From Rhynchopus sp. YZ270_cl-10 (lineage: Eukaryota): a DNA stretch of 64,000 bases. The DNA is taken from the NCBI GenBank assembly GCA_964035575.1, contig OZ037837.1, positions 1,860,001-1,924,000 on the forward strand. Direction: 5' to 3'. Both the position numbers and the translations under genes were made by a program. Numbering within the stretch: the stretch's first letter is position 1; the number at the start of each line of letters is the position of its first letter. The notes beneath the pieces are model-generated. The model saw only the letters and a program-made list of their open reading frames with translations. It did not search any database and was not told the origin of the DNA. Positions 1-11,159 of this stretch are shown here, piece by piece.

Positions 1-1270
1 CTGTGAAGTTTTAAAACAAAAGCAAAAGTGGAGTGCATCCTCGGGTGTCTACACTAATACACTAATAAAACTACGTTTTTAAAACATGACAGGTGTCCCC
101 TCAAGTGGACAGAGTGTTCGCACTTCAACTTTTATTTTAATGGAAATTGGAAAAGTGTTGAACAACAATCATTGAACAATGAAAACAAAAGTAATTTTTT
201 CACGATGCAGGTGTGCATTATGCCACCACTCTCTTCACCTTTGCTTTTTTGTATTTTCTCGTGATTTTTTTGTTAAGTAAGAGAAAACCGAATGGAGTGG
301 GAACGCTAGTGAGAGCGCAGCGGAAACGATAGTGGGAACGCAACGAGCTTTTTTCATAATGTTTTATTCTTCCCCACAAAATATCACGCGCAGAGAAACA
401 CTCGTTTTTCACACAGCGCGTCCGTTTGTTTGTTTTTCTCAAACGACACCTTTTTTCAAAAATTTTCCCCCGGTATCACATATGATACTGATTTCCATGG
501 ATACACATGAAAAGGAGTTCCGTGCTATTCACAGAACTCGATAGGCGATTGAGCTTATCTAACAACAACCAAAACAAAAGAAAGTACAAAGAAGAGAATA
601 AAAAATGCAGGAAAAATAGACAAAGAGAAAAACAAAGAGATTTTGACAAAGTGAACAATAAAATTCCTTTGTCAGTGATTCCTTGTTTTCAAAATAAAAA
701 TGTGTGACTGAGTGTGGGGATGCGTTCAAGAATTAAACTCTTCCCCCAAACCCCTTTTCGTCTTTAGTTTTTATGATTACATGCAATGCTAAAAGGAAAT
801 TGAACACCGTACCCTACTCCCATCCTTTTTCCATTTTTCTAATCCGGGGCGGTTGGAGTAGAGCCACATTTCACCGACAGGTCGAGGTGTGTGCGTTTCA
901 CCACAACCTCTCCTTTTGTCTTTATTGTCTTTATTGCTTTATTGTTAGTGGGGGTGGGGGAAAAACATAAAAAGGAAAAGTAGGGTGCGGTTTCAATTTC
1001 TTTATCCAAACGTCGAGTGAATGCGTAATAATTTTTGAGGTACCCTGTCACGAGTGGGCTTTGTATATTTCGAAGTGTCTCAACTGTGTCAAAACTTTTC
1101 ACAAAAACCCCTTTTCAAAAAAGCTGTCCGCTTTTGCCAGTTGTGTATGCACGTTTAGGAAGGCAACTTCCTCTTTAGCCCACCGACTCCATTTTTTAGG
1201 AATAGAATGGTGTGATTCAAGGGGTACGGGGAACCCACGGGAGAACCACGGAGGAACCTCGGAGAACTGC

Positions 1271-2228
1271 TAGGGGGTATACTTTTTTTTTGTTGTTCTC
1301 GGTTTCTGTCACAAGGAGAAAACGACCACAAATTTGACTGAGAGAGGTCACCACGGGTTTGTATTGGTTGAAATCTGAAACGTGCCAAAAATGGCATTTT
1401 CGCGCGAAAATAACGGAAAAAATCCCTTGAAAAAAAATAAACCGCCCGTATATAGTGTATACTGTGTATACTGTGTATACTGTGTATACTGTGTATACTG
1501 TGTATACTGTGTATACTGTGTATACTGTGTATACTGTGTATACTGTGTATACTGTGTATACTGTGTATACTGTGTATACTGTGTATACTGTGTATACTGT
1601 GTATACTGTGTATACTGTGTATACTGTGTATACTGTGTATACTGTGTATACTGTGTATACTGTGTATACTGTGTATACTGTGTATACTGTGTATACTGTG
1701 TATACTGTGTATACTGTGTATACTGTGTATACTGTGTATACTGTGTATACTGTGTATACTGTGTATACTGTGTATACTGTGTATACTGTGTATACTGTGT
1801 ATACTGTGTATACTGTGTATACTGTGTATACTGTGTATACTGTGTATACTGTGTATACTGTGTATACTGTGTGCAATACGCAACTGTATATCCCATGGCC
1901 GCCTCCAGTGTTTGTGGCACCTGCGTGCGGTGGTGGTGCATCACATTCCCTTTCCTCCGGGTCGCGGTGTCTGACTGCACAGCCAAGTAGTGCCCCACGT
2001 GCCACTGTCCTGACTTGTCGAGGGGCCTGTGTCTGACTGCACGGACAAGTCGACACCGTCAGTTTGCTTTAGAAAATTCATTTTTCGTTTTTTTTTGGTC
2101 GTTACTTTTATGTTTTGGTCAGCAAAATCACTTTTACACAACCTGAGGGTACGTGTGCGGTTGCCAGGTCTCGAAGCCCCCCGGGTGGCGAAAACCGAAA
2201 ACAACAAAAAAAAAGTATACCCCCCTTA
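1271..2228. mobile_element. TIR MITE-like element containing a 9-bp satellite
   Basis: TAGGGGGTATACTTTTTTTTTGTTGTTCTCGGTTT at 1271 is inverted at ~2192-2228 (AAACCGAAAACAACAAAAAAAAAGTATACCCCCCTTA). TA-like ends, no coding capacity. Flanked on both sides by the direct motif GAACCACGGARGAACCTCGGAGAA, suggesting insertion into an older element. Confidence 0.65.
1455..1872. repeat. (TATACTGTG)n satellite, ~46 perfect copies
   Basis: Directly visible 9-bp period. The YTV/HSI/TQY ORFs are artefacts of it. Confidence 0.98.
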
Positions 2229-2624
2229 CCGGAGTACCTACGGAAGAACCACGGAAGAACCTCGGAGAATCGGTTTGGGTGGTCACACCATTTGAGCATT
2301 TTTTTTTTTTGGTTTTTTGGTTTTTTAATAGAAATTAGAAACCTGTAACCAAAAGAAAACCGACGCAGGAGCTTTTCTTGGAACTGTTTTATTCTCCTCA
2401 CCCCAACAACAACATCACATTCAGAAAAACACTGTTTTTTCGTTTTTATTCGCTTTCTTTTCTTCTTCCTCACACTTTGTTACTGTGAAGAAAAATTTTT
2501 TCGTTTGCTTTGCTTTTATCTATTGTCTTCACGCTTTATCGTTGTTGTTGGGGTGGGAAATAAAATTCAGCCAACAATCATTGAACAATGCTTATCCATA
2601 TCCAGTGGGGCTGATTCACAGTAC

Positions 2625-2816
2625 CTAATCCACACACCTGCATTCTTTTCCAAGAAGTGCATATTTTTGTCCCTTCAACACACACGTTCTGTCTTTGAAC
2701 ACTATGTGTCACTTTCCCCACTCTCCCGCATCCTCTTGCCCACAGCACCCAGTCCCCACAAGAACACCACACCACAACAGGAACCCTACACGTGACGGGA
2801 GCGGCTGTGTGGTGGG
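2625..2816 (+). promoter_or_regulatory. Conserved upstream block with candidate trans-splice acceptor
   Basis: Near-identical block CCACACACCTGCATTCTTTTCCAAGAAGTGC...ACAACAG|GAACCC precedes the cyclase genes (2629, 14875, 18193, and interrupted at 45560). Its 5' half also occurs at 48409 before the giant ORF. Function is inferred. Confidence 0.4.
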
Positions 2817-5027
2817 ATGCAACGTCTCAATGCAGTGCTGTCGATGGACGGGACACTCAGCAGCAAGGCCAGAGAGAGGCGCACCAGGTTTTTTATATTT
2901 GCCAATGCTGGTTTGTTAGCTCTTTTGGTGACCTTTGCAGGCTCGTTTTCGATGCAGGTGAAGACCCCAATCTCTCTGGCCGGGACTGTGTTCTGCCTTA
3001 TTGGACTTAGTATTGCTGTTTGTGCAGTGCTGTGCAGGTTTCGGCTGAACACACATCTGGTGGTAGGTGCACTGTACTTGGTATCGGCTGGCTGTCTGCT
3101 CTTGGACTTCGGAGCCCGTGCACTGTCGATAACACAATGGCCGTTGCTTGTGCTCGTAATCGACATGTTGCTTGTGATGCAGGTGCCTGCACGGTACAGC
3201 TTGGGACTCGTCTGTTTCATAGTCATGTGGCTTCTCCTGCTTGGTGTTGAGGAGAGCTTCAGGTTTGGTCTGTTGGACCTGCCAGTAATGCCAGCACAGG
3301 AGGGTGAGTACGGGCGCCAGTATTATCATGACATGCAATACGACTGTGCCACTCTGCCGTGTCCAGTGAAGTTTCCATCCCCTGGCCTGTTGGGATCGCT
3401 GACGGTCTTTGTCATTGACTTCATCGTGACTCGAGGCTTCGCACACGAAGTGCTGAAGGAGCAGGCATCAATGGAGCGGACGATCAACACTGTGCAGGAG
3501 ATTGCCGCACTCCTGGCTTCCTACGACGTGGAGAAGGTGGCAGAGCTGCTGGAGGCTCATGAGGGTGACCTGCCTGAGGGGATGAGTGCAGCACTGCGTG
3601 CGTTGGAGAAGAACCTGCGGAAGTACCGTCCGTACCTGCCTGCTGCGCTGTTTGAGGTGGATGAGGACGGTGTGCAGCAGCCGACTGTGGCACCGCCTGG
3701 GCTTGACAGCGAGACAGCAACGATTGTGTTCACAGACATCCGTGCGTCAACGTCGATCTGGGAGAACGCACCTGAGGGGATGCGTGCTGGACTGCAGATC
3801 CACAACGCTGTGATGCGTGATGTGATGCGGATGTGTGGTGGGTACGAGGTGAAGACCATTGGCGATGCATTCATGATTGCCTTTGCATCCACTTGCGATG
3901 GTGTGGCGTTTGGGTTGCGTGTGCAGGAACGTCTTTTCGAAGCAGACTGGCCTGCGTCTCTGCTTGAGGATGCACCCATCTGTTCTCGTCAGGGCTCGCT
4001 GTGGGGTGGTCTGACTGTGCGCATTGGTGTGAACACTGGCCCTGTGACTGTGGAGCAGAACACACTGACGGGACTGACAGACTACTTCGGACACACAGTG
4101 AACGTTGCATCACGCCTTGAGAGCACATGCACACCTGGTGCTGTGGCTGTTCCCTCTAACCTGTGGACATCTGTCTCTGGGTCGTGCAGTGCTGTTGCTG
4201 GTGTGCCAGAGGCAGTTCACTTGAAGGGTGTGTCTGGGAGCACGTTGGTGTGCTGTGTGCGGCCTGTCTCACTTGGGGGACGCAGGGAAACACCACTTTG
4301 CGAGTCTTCTCCACCGCCTGCGAATCTGGCAATGAGTCTTTCCACATCCGCGTCGTCTGTTTCACACACAACCTCTGTGAGGACCAGAGGACGAATGGAA
4401 ACCACACTTTGCGAGTCTTCACTTTGCGAGTCTTCTTCGCAAAGTGCCAAACCGCATACGAGTCTTTCCATATGTGCGTCGTCTGTTTCAACCAGAAGCA
4501 ACCTTGCAGTCTCCACACGTCAGACCTCCGGCACACTGGGAGTTGCACAGCTTGCAGTTGGTGACATGGGAAAAAACATAGCCTTTCACCAGATGAGCTC
4601 ACGACTCACGACACTGACGACGGCACTGGAGCAGAGTGGAGGGAGTCTGGTGACGCTGCTTGGGAACTGTGTGTGTGTTGGGTGGAACGTGTCGCGTTCT
4701 GCATCTGCACACATGGAGAACGCGATACGGTTTGTGCAGCGCATGTCTGTGAAGTCTGCAGTGAACGGTGCTGGTCTTGCAAGCGGTCCTGTGCAGCACG
4801 GGGATGTTGGTGCACGGAGCCAGCGCTTTGTGACTGTGATGGGGGATGTTGTGCGTCGGAGTTGGGCGCTGTGCGAGGAGGCTGTGCGTGACAGGGTTGT
4901 GTGTCTGTACGAGCCTCCTGAAGGGACAACACTGCCGTCTGCACTTGAAGACGTTCTTGTGCAACACAAGGGTTGTTACCGGGTGCTTGAGGCACAGGAC
5001 AACAGGGAACGCGACAATGTGTTTTAG
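2817..5027 (+). CDS. Multi-pass membrane adenylate cyclase (class III), 736 aa, with a degenerate second cyclase-like domain at the C-terminus
   Basis: About six hydrophobic segments in the first ~205 aa, then a helical linker. Catalytic motifs TIVFTDI, YEVKTIGDAFM, VRIGVNTG and DYFGHTVNVASRLE keep both metal-binding Asp, the ATP-specifying Lys/Asp and the Asn/Arg pair. The C-terminal GGSLVTLLGN...GLASGPVQHGDVG...FVTVMGDVV resembles a dead cyclase fold. Confidence 0.92.
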   Translation: MQRLNAVLSMDGTLSSKARERRTRFFIFANAGLLALLVTFAGSFSMQVKTPISLAGTVFCLIGLSIAVCAVLCRFRLNTHLVVGALYLVSAGCLLLDFGARALSITQWPLLVLVIDMLLVMQVPARYSLGLVCFIVMWLLLLGVEESFRFGLLDLPVMPAQEGEYGRQYYHDMQYDCATLPCPVKFPSPGLLGSLTVFVIDFIVTRGFAHEVLKEQASMERTINTVQEIAALLASYDVEKVAELLEAHEGDLPEGMSAALRALEKNLRKYRPYLPAALFEVDEDGVQQPTVAPPGLDSETATIVFTDIRASTSIWENAPEGMRAGLQIHNAVMRDVMRMCGGYEVKTIGDAFMIAFASTCDGVAFGLRVQERLFEADWPASLLEDAPICSRQGSLWGGLTVRIGVNTGPVTVEQNTLTGLTDYFGHTVNVASRLESTCTPGAVAVPSNLWTSVSGSCSAVAGVPEAVHLKGVSGSTLVCCVRPVSLGGRRETPLCESSPPPANLAMSLSTSASSVSHTTSVRTRGRMETTLCESSLCESSSQSAKPHTSLSICASSVSTRSNLAVSTRQTSGTLGVAQLAVGDMGKNIAFHQMSSRLTTLTTALEQSGGSLVTLLGNCVCVGWNVSRSASAHMENAIRFVQRMSVKSAVNGAGLASGPVQHGDVGARSQRFVTVMGDVVRRSWALCEEAVRDRVVCLYEPPEGTTLPSALEDVLVQHKGCYRVLEAQDNRERDNVF

Positions 5028-5577
5028 TTGTGCTCTTACGACTGTGGCGTCTGTACGGTTGCCGGCTCTCATTTGGTGCAAGGTGAGTGAGTTTTTGACA
5101 ACGTTTTCTTCACACGCTGTGTAGTTGCTCACCAGACGTTCTTTACATGACGGACGGTCCTTCTCAGGTGTGAGGGGAAAGTACAGGGTGTGGCTTTTAC
5201 GGAGCTTCTTCGGAGTGGCTAAAATGTTTTTTAAGCATAATAGGTATCCCTCGCGTGGACAGAGTGTTCGCACTTCCAACATTTATTTTTTCGGTGACAT
5301 GACACTTGTGACATATCGTAGGAAATCTTTTAGTATGCGCGAAGACGATTCTTGTGCTCCTCATTCTCCCCACACACTATGTCAATACAACAGGTTAGAC
5401 CGTTTGGCCTGGGAGGGTTTGGGGTTTCTTCTTTCTCTCAGTTCAATCTTGAACAATTTCGAGAGGAGTTTTATTTATTTTTCAAAAAAAAAAAAAAAAA
5501 AAAATGAAGTACAGAACATGTGAACAAGTGAGGTATTCTCACTGTCATGACGCTTCTCCGTCGTACGAGGACACCTG

Positions 5578-6710
5578 CGCCGCCACAACAACTTTGGTAT
5601 AAGAACCATTTGTTGTTTATTTTCTACACCTACGCCGCCACAACAACTAGGTATAAGAACCTCTTGTTGTTTATTTTCAACACTTACGCCGCCACAACAA
5701 CTAGGTATAAGAACCTCTTGTTGTTTATTTTATACACTTACGCCGCCACAACAACTTTGGTATAAGAACCTCTTGTTGTCTATTTTATACACTTACGCCG
5801 CCACAACAACTAGGTATAAGAACCTCTTGTTGTTTATTTTATACACTTACGCCGCCACAACAACTAGGTATAAGAACCTCTTGTTGTTTATTTTATACAC
5901 TTACGCCGCCACAACAACTTTGGTATAAGAACCTCTTGTTGTTTATTTTATACACTTACGCCGCCACAACAACTAGGTATAAGAACCTCTTGTTGTTTAT
6001 TTTCAACACTTACGCCGCCACAACAACTAGGTATAAGAACCTCTTGTTGTTTATTTTCAACACTTACGCCGCCACAACAACTAGGTATAAGAACCTCTTG
6101 TTGTCTATTTTATACACTTACGCCGCCACAACAACTTTGGTATAAGAACCTCTTGTTGTTTATTTTATACACTTACGCCGCCACAACAACTTTGGTATAA
6201 GAACCTCTTGTTGTTTATTGTCTACACCTACGCCGCCACAACAACTAGGTATAAGAACCTCTTGTTGTTTATTTTCAACACTTACGCCGCCACAACAACT
6301 AGGTATAAGAACCTCTTGTTGTTTATTTTATACACTTACGCCGCCACAACAACTTTGGTATAAGAACCTCTTGTTGTTTATTGTCTACACCTACGCCGCC
6401 ACAACAACTAGGTATAAGAACCTCTTGTTGTTTATTTTCAACACTTACGCCGCTACAACAACTAGGTATAAGAACCTCTTGTTGTTTATTTTATACACTT
6501 ACGCCGCCACAACAACTAGGTATAAGAACCTCTTGTTGTTTATTTTATACACATGCACCGCTACAACAACTAGGTATAAGAACCTCTTGTTGTTTATTTT
6601 CAACACTTACGCCGCTACAACAACTAGGTATAAGAACCTCTTGTTGTTTATTTTATACACTTACGCCGCCACAACAACTTTGGTATAAGAACCATTTGTT
6701 GTTTATTTCC
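5578..6710. repeat. 54-56 bp minisatellite, ~21 copies
   Basis: Unit ACTTACGCCGCCACAACAACT(AG/TTG)GTATAAGAACCTCTTGTTGTTTATTTTATAC with an internal ACAACAA/TTGTTGT inverted repeat. No unique spacers. Confidence 0.95.
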
Positions 6711-7699
6711 ACACCTTCGACCCTCAACCAAATTGAATCTTATACGGTAGCGGAACCCCTGATTCTACACTCTTTCGCCGCTCCGACAAATGTCCCTATA
6801 AGAAGGGCACCCCTCGCCGGTCTGCCGTGTTCTAGTCCCTAAAAGGAAGGTCACTCTGCTGACTTGGGTTTCAAGTCCCTATAAGAAGGGCACCCTTTGG
6901 AGTTTTGGTCTGTGAAGATGCTGCCAGTTACAACACCCACACGCGCTGCGTATGCGAAAAACGTGCTCTACGACGCTGTTTTGCGCGCAGCCCAGAGTCA
7001 GCCTTAGGGGTTCAGTCAGCGTTTTTTGACGACATAATCCGGCCTACGGGGTTTGGCATTAATTTCGAAAGGCCTTCAAATGCTGGGATATACACAGAGG
7101 ACAGCAGTTACGTGGAGATTCCCGGATGTGCTGTCCAGATCTGCCAACACGGACACAGTACATTTACAATCACCCGCACCCCAGAGAAGTTTGTCTCGCA
7201 GTACCTAGAGGTGGCAGCCAGCTCCCTTCTCCGACCACCCCATCTGACCACCCAAGCCCACTCAAGTGCACAGAGCGCGACACTCGCAAACGGCGACCTG
7301 TGAAGGAACCGCCCTCGACTTCCAAGGCGGCATCCTCTCAGACTGCCCTGCGTGGCCACCGGTGTCAGACATCAACAGGCTTTACTGCCCAGATGGTTCC
7401 AACACAAGGATGTCCAGGCATTTTCCTTCGTACCGTCGATTAAGGTCCTCGACACAGACGACAGGATTCAAAAAAGTTACGTTTCCTGCCAAACTACAAC
7501 ATCGACTTCACGAGACAGTGTGCCTCATCATACTTTCAACTATGATGGCAAGCGGTTTTTTGGAGCCTGTGCCACATGCACCGAAGTCCAAAAGGGGTGT
7601 GCGGATGTCGAAAAGTTTCTGCACCTTCTACCGTGCAGTCAACTATTTCCAGGGACTGCAGAACTACGACCCCGTCGCACTGATCACCCTCCGCCCTAT

Positions 7700-8280
7700 T
7701 CATGTACGTGTCGAAGATGTTTCCGCGGCAGACAAGACACATTTCACCGCGTTTCGGTCGTGTCTTTCTCTGGGAAGATCAAGGACGGACAGAAGGCACG
7801 CACCAGGGGTCCCAACTACAAATCCGAAACCAAGAAGGACATGGCTGTGAAGAACATCCAGCGCCGCAGCGATTGTACCCTGCTCAGAATGGAGCGTTAC
7901 CAGGAGGCCGTGTTGAGGACGTGCCCTGTGGTAACATTTGTGAAGACTGCGACCAACCGACGAGAAGGAGAGCGAGTGCTACCCCCTGAAGGACATGAAG
8001 TACACTGTATCGCCCGCTGTGCGTGTCGCTGTGGAGTGCTCCTCCCCCGCCGACCTACCCAAGCTTGTTGAGGGACTGAAGCGTCTGCCGAAGTCCGACC
8101 CGCTTATGCAGTGCTCGATTGAGGAGTCGGGAGAACACACCATCGCCGGAGCGGGAGAGCTTCGCTTTGATATCTGTCTGAAGAATCTTCAGGAGGACTA
8201 CATGACTGTGTCAAGTGGAAGATCTACGAGCCGTTGCGTCGTTTCGTGAGACCATCACCGAAGTGTCTGACGAACAAGCA
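7700..8280 (+). pseudogene. EEF2: Frameshifted internal fragment of eukaryotic elongation factor 2 inside SDR1
   Basis: Across three frames: [132 protein letters not shown]. These are recognisable eEF2 domain II-III motifs. Confidence 0.9.
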
Positions 8281-11159
8281 CACCCATCTTTTCTGCAGGG
8301 GAGCGCTCCTTGGAGACAACTACTACCATTACTACACAGACTCACGGACGACGGGGTGAGCACTCCGAAGGATGTCTGCAACAAGAACTTACCAGGCACT
8401 ACACCTTCCCACCCAGCTGCGGGGGCCGCTTATCTGCTTCCGTGCATACCAGCAGCAACAGCTCCACAGAAGCCCACCTGCTTCAGAGAGACGTCAACCT
8501 GCTCGCGACCACGACCGACGCCTTCGAGGACTTCCCCGTGAGGATACAAGTTCGTTTACATGAAATGCGGAGTACTTACTTGTGGTGACCTTACTGCCGA
8601 TGCTGTATTTTGTTTGACTGAAATCCCCTAGAGGAGGCCACTATTCGGCAGTCCTCAAGATGAGGAAACCTTTTGTCGACCGAAGTCCTCCGGAGTAGGC
8701 AACTTTTGAGGGTTCTCGTTTAAGAGGTGAAGTACTCAGCAAAGTTTACTGTAAGCCCTCCGAGAGAGGTCTCCATTGCTGAAGCCCTGAAGATTGATAC
8801 GCATGGTGAGGTGGAAGACAACAGAACAAAGAACAATGGACGTTGATGCTGCAGAGAACACCTGGGCAGTTTCACTTCTCAGAAACACGGGCGTTACCGA
8901 TTCAGCCGGCCCTCGTGATGGGAGATGACACGTGGAAATACTACGTGCGGGCATACAACAAGCTTCCTTGGGAGCAAGCGACCAAGTTCGACAAAACTGA
9001 CGAAATCAGAGGGTACAACGCGTGGGGTGACCTTGTACAGCCGCATTTTCATGGACACGAAATCGCAAGTCCACACCAGGAATAACGTCATGCATCGTAG
9101 TAGATGTCGAAGCTGGCGTTTTCGCGGAGTGCCCCGACACTGTACAACACCAAAGATGAGCAGGCAGCAACAAGAAGTCGAGAGAGAGAGCCTCCGCTCC
9201 GTTGTGCAGGAACATCGAAATAGTAGACGAAGCGATTTCCGACGCACGACAGCGATTACTCGACGCCGATTGCAAAATATAGGCAAGCTTCTAAACCACA
9301 GCTAGCGATGTTGAGGCAACCTGGACTGTTGTTTTCCAAGAGAGACAACTGGTGACCGTTAGAAGTTCACTTGTTTTGCAGGGCCGATCCTTTTGCCGCA
9401 CCCAGACTCGTGAATACGACCATCGTCCAATCTCTCACGCACCCGGTCTACACCATGCTCATTACGTGAACACTACAACGTGCGTGCCTAAATTACTGTT
9501 GGGGGATTTTCATCATCGGAACAATGCCTTTGTGGTATCCTACGCAGCTGCTGCGTTGCAAGAACGTATCTAAGGAAAGTGACGAAGCACGCGAGACTTC
9601 GGGCCATCATATATCATTTTTATCTCAATCCCTGCATTACGTGCCTTACGCAGTTACTCTATTTATTTGCAGCCACACAGAACAATTTCGGGCCAGAGCT
9701 CCTCCCGAGCTCCTGGATGGATCATCCCGTTTCGCTGAAGAAGTTTTTTCGCGTAGCGTCCCTTGAGGGTCCCAAGGGTCCTGGGTGTGATCTGGGGTGA
9801 GGAAGCGTTCCAACTTTTCAACCTCTTCCCCAATTTACCTTTCACGCCTTTTTTACCCTCCCCCGTTTTAGAATCAACAGAGAGTGTACGTTAAGATTTT
9901 TCGGTGACATGACACTTGTGACATATCGTAGGAAATCTTTTAGTATGCGCGAAGACGATTCTTGTGCTCCTCATTCTCCCCACACACTATGTCAATACAA
10001 CAGGTTAGACCGTTTGGTCTGGGAGGGTTTGGGGTTTCTTCTTTCTCTCAGTTCAATCTTGAACAATTTCGAGAGGAGTTTTATTTATTTTTCAAAAAAA
10101 AAAAAAAAAAAAAAAAAAGAAAGTTTAGAAGGGAGTAGGTTTCATCGTCAGAAGAACCCACCCTATTCAAACCCAAACCTTTGTATTGTAGTGTGATCTG
10201 GGGTGAGGAAGCGTTCCAACTTTTCAACCTCTTCCCCAATTTACCTTTCACGCCTTTTTTACCCTCCCCCGTTTTAGAATCAACAGAGAGTGTACGTTAA
10301 GATTTTTAATAGAAATTGGAAAAATGTTGAACAACAATCATTGAACAATGGAAGCAAAATCAATATTTTCACTATGCAGGTGTGCATTATGCCACTCTCT
10401 TCACCTTTGCTTTTTTGTCCTAACAACCACTGCGTTCTTGTATCGCTCAACTATTTTGGTGTCATCTGGGCGAGGAAACGTATCAACCATAGTTGCTTGT
10501 GTACCTGTTTCTGACATTGAACCACCACCACCACTCCCGCTGCAGATCGATTTGTCTGCAGTCAGGTTTCGCCTTTCCAGGTGGAAGCACCAACACCCCT
10601 TTCCTTCCTTTTTATTTGCTTCCTCTCCTCCTTCCTCCCCTGTCCCCGATGTGCATTACTGTGTATTATGCTCGGTTGTTTTTTGTGTCTGTTTGCGCTT
10701 TCTTTTAAACGTTTCTCCATGTATTGCACGGGAAACAATATGACAAACAGGTGCAGGGTGGTTCCGTGCATAGAACCTGGCACCTTGTGTGTCTTCCAAA
10801 AACCAAAAGCGTTGTGTGTGAAGTTTTGAAGGAAGGAAAAATAAAATTCTTTGGAAAGATTTGTCACAAAATATTTTCAAAGAAACAAAAAGCAATTTGA
10901 AATAGGTAGTTGATCCCTTTTAACTTTTTTTTGTGATTTTGAAGTAGCACCGAAGTGTCTCCGGTCTGTGAAGGTTTAAATCAAAAGCAAAAGTGGAGTG
11001 CATCCTGTGGTGTCTACACTCATGCACTAATAAAAGTAAGTTTCAAAAAACATGACAGGTGCCCCTTCGCGTGGACAGAGTGTTCGCACTTTCCAACTTT
11101 TATTTTATTAGAAATTGGAAACCTGTTCAGCCAACAATCATTGAACAAATGTCAATGTT

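Larger units (their letters stand above)
5287..10307 (+). mobile_element. Split-direct-repeat element SDR1 (A-internal-B-A-x-B), non-autonomous, tyrosine-recombinase-retroelement-like
   Basis: A repeat (~215 bp, ends TTTTC + poly-A) at 5287-5504 and 9897-10118. B repeat (~117 bp) at 9785-9901 and 10191-10307. Removing it restores the intergenic sequence seen uninterrupted at ~106-180 and ~11071-11150. Both borders and the B-A junction are T-runs. Confidence 0.85.

Noticed and set aside
1155..2056. Long ORFs of HSI/YTV/TQY/VYC repeats (also 14044-14873)
   Set aside because: Stop-free translations of the 9-bp satellite.
5578..6710. CRISPR-like array (regular ~55-bp period with internal palindrome)
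   Set aside because: No unique spacers, whole units are repeated, no cas genes, eukaryotic context.
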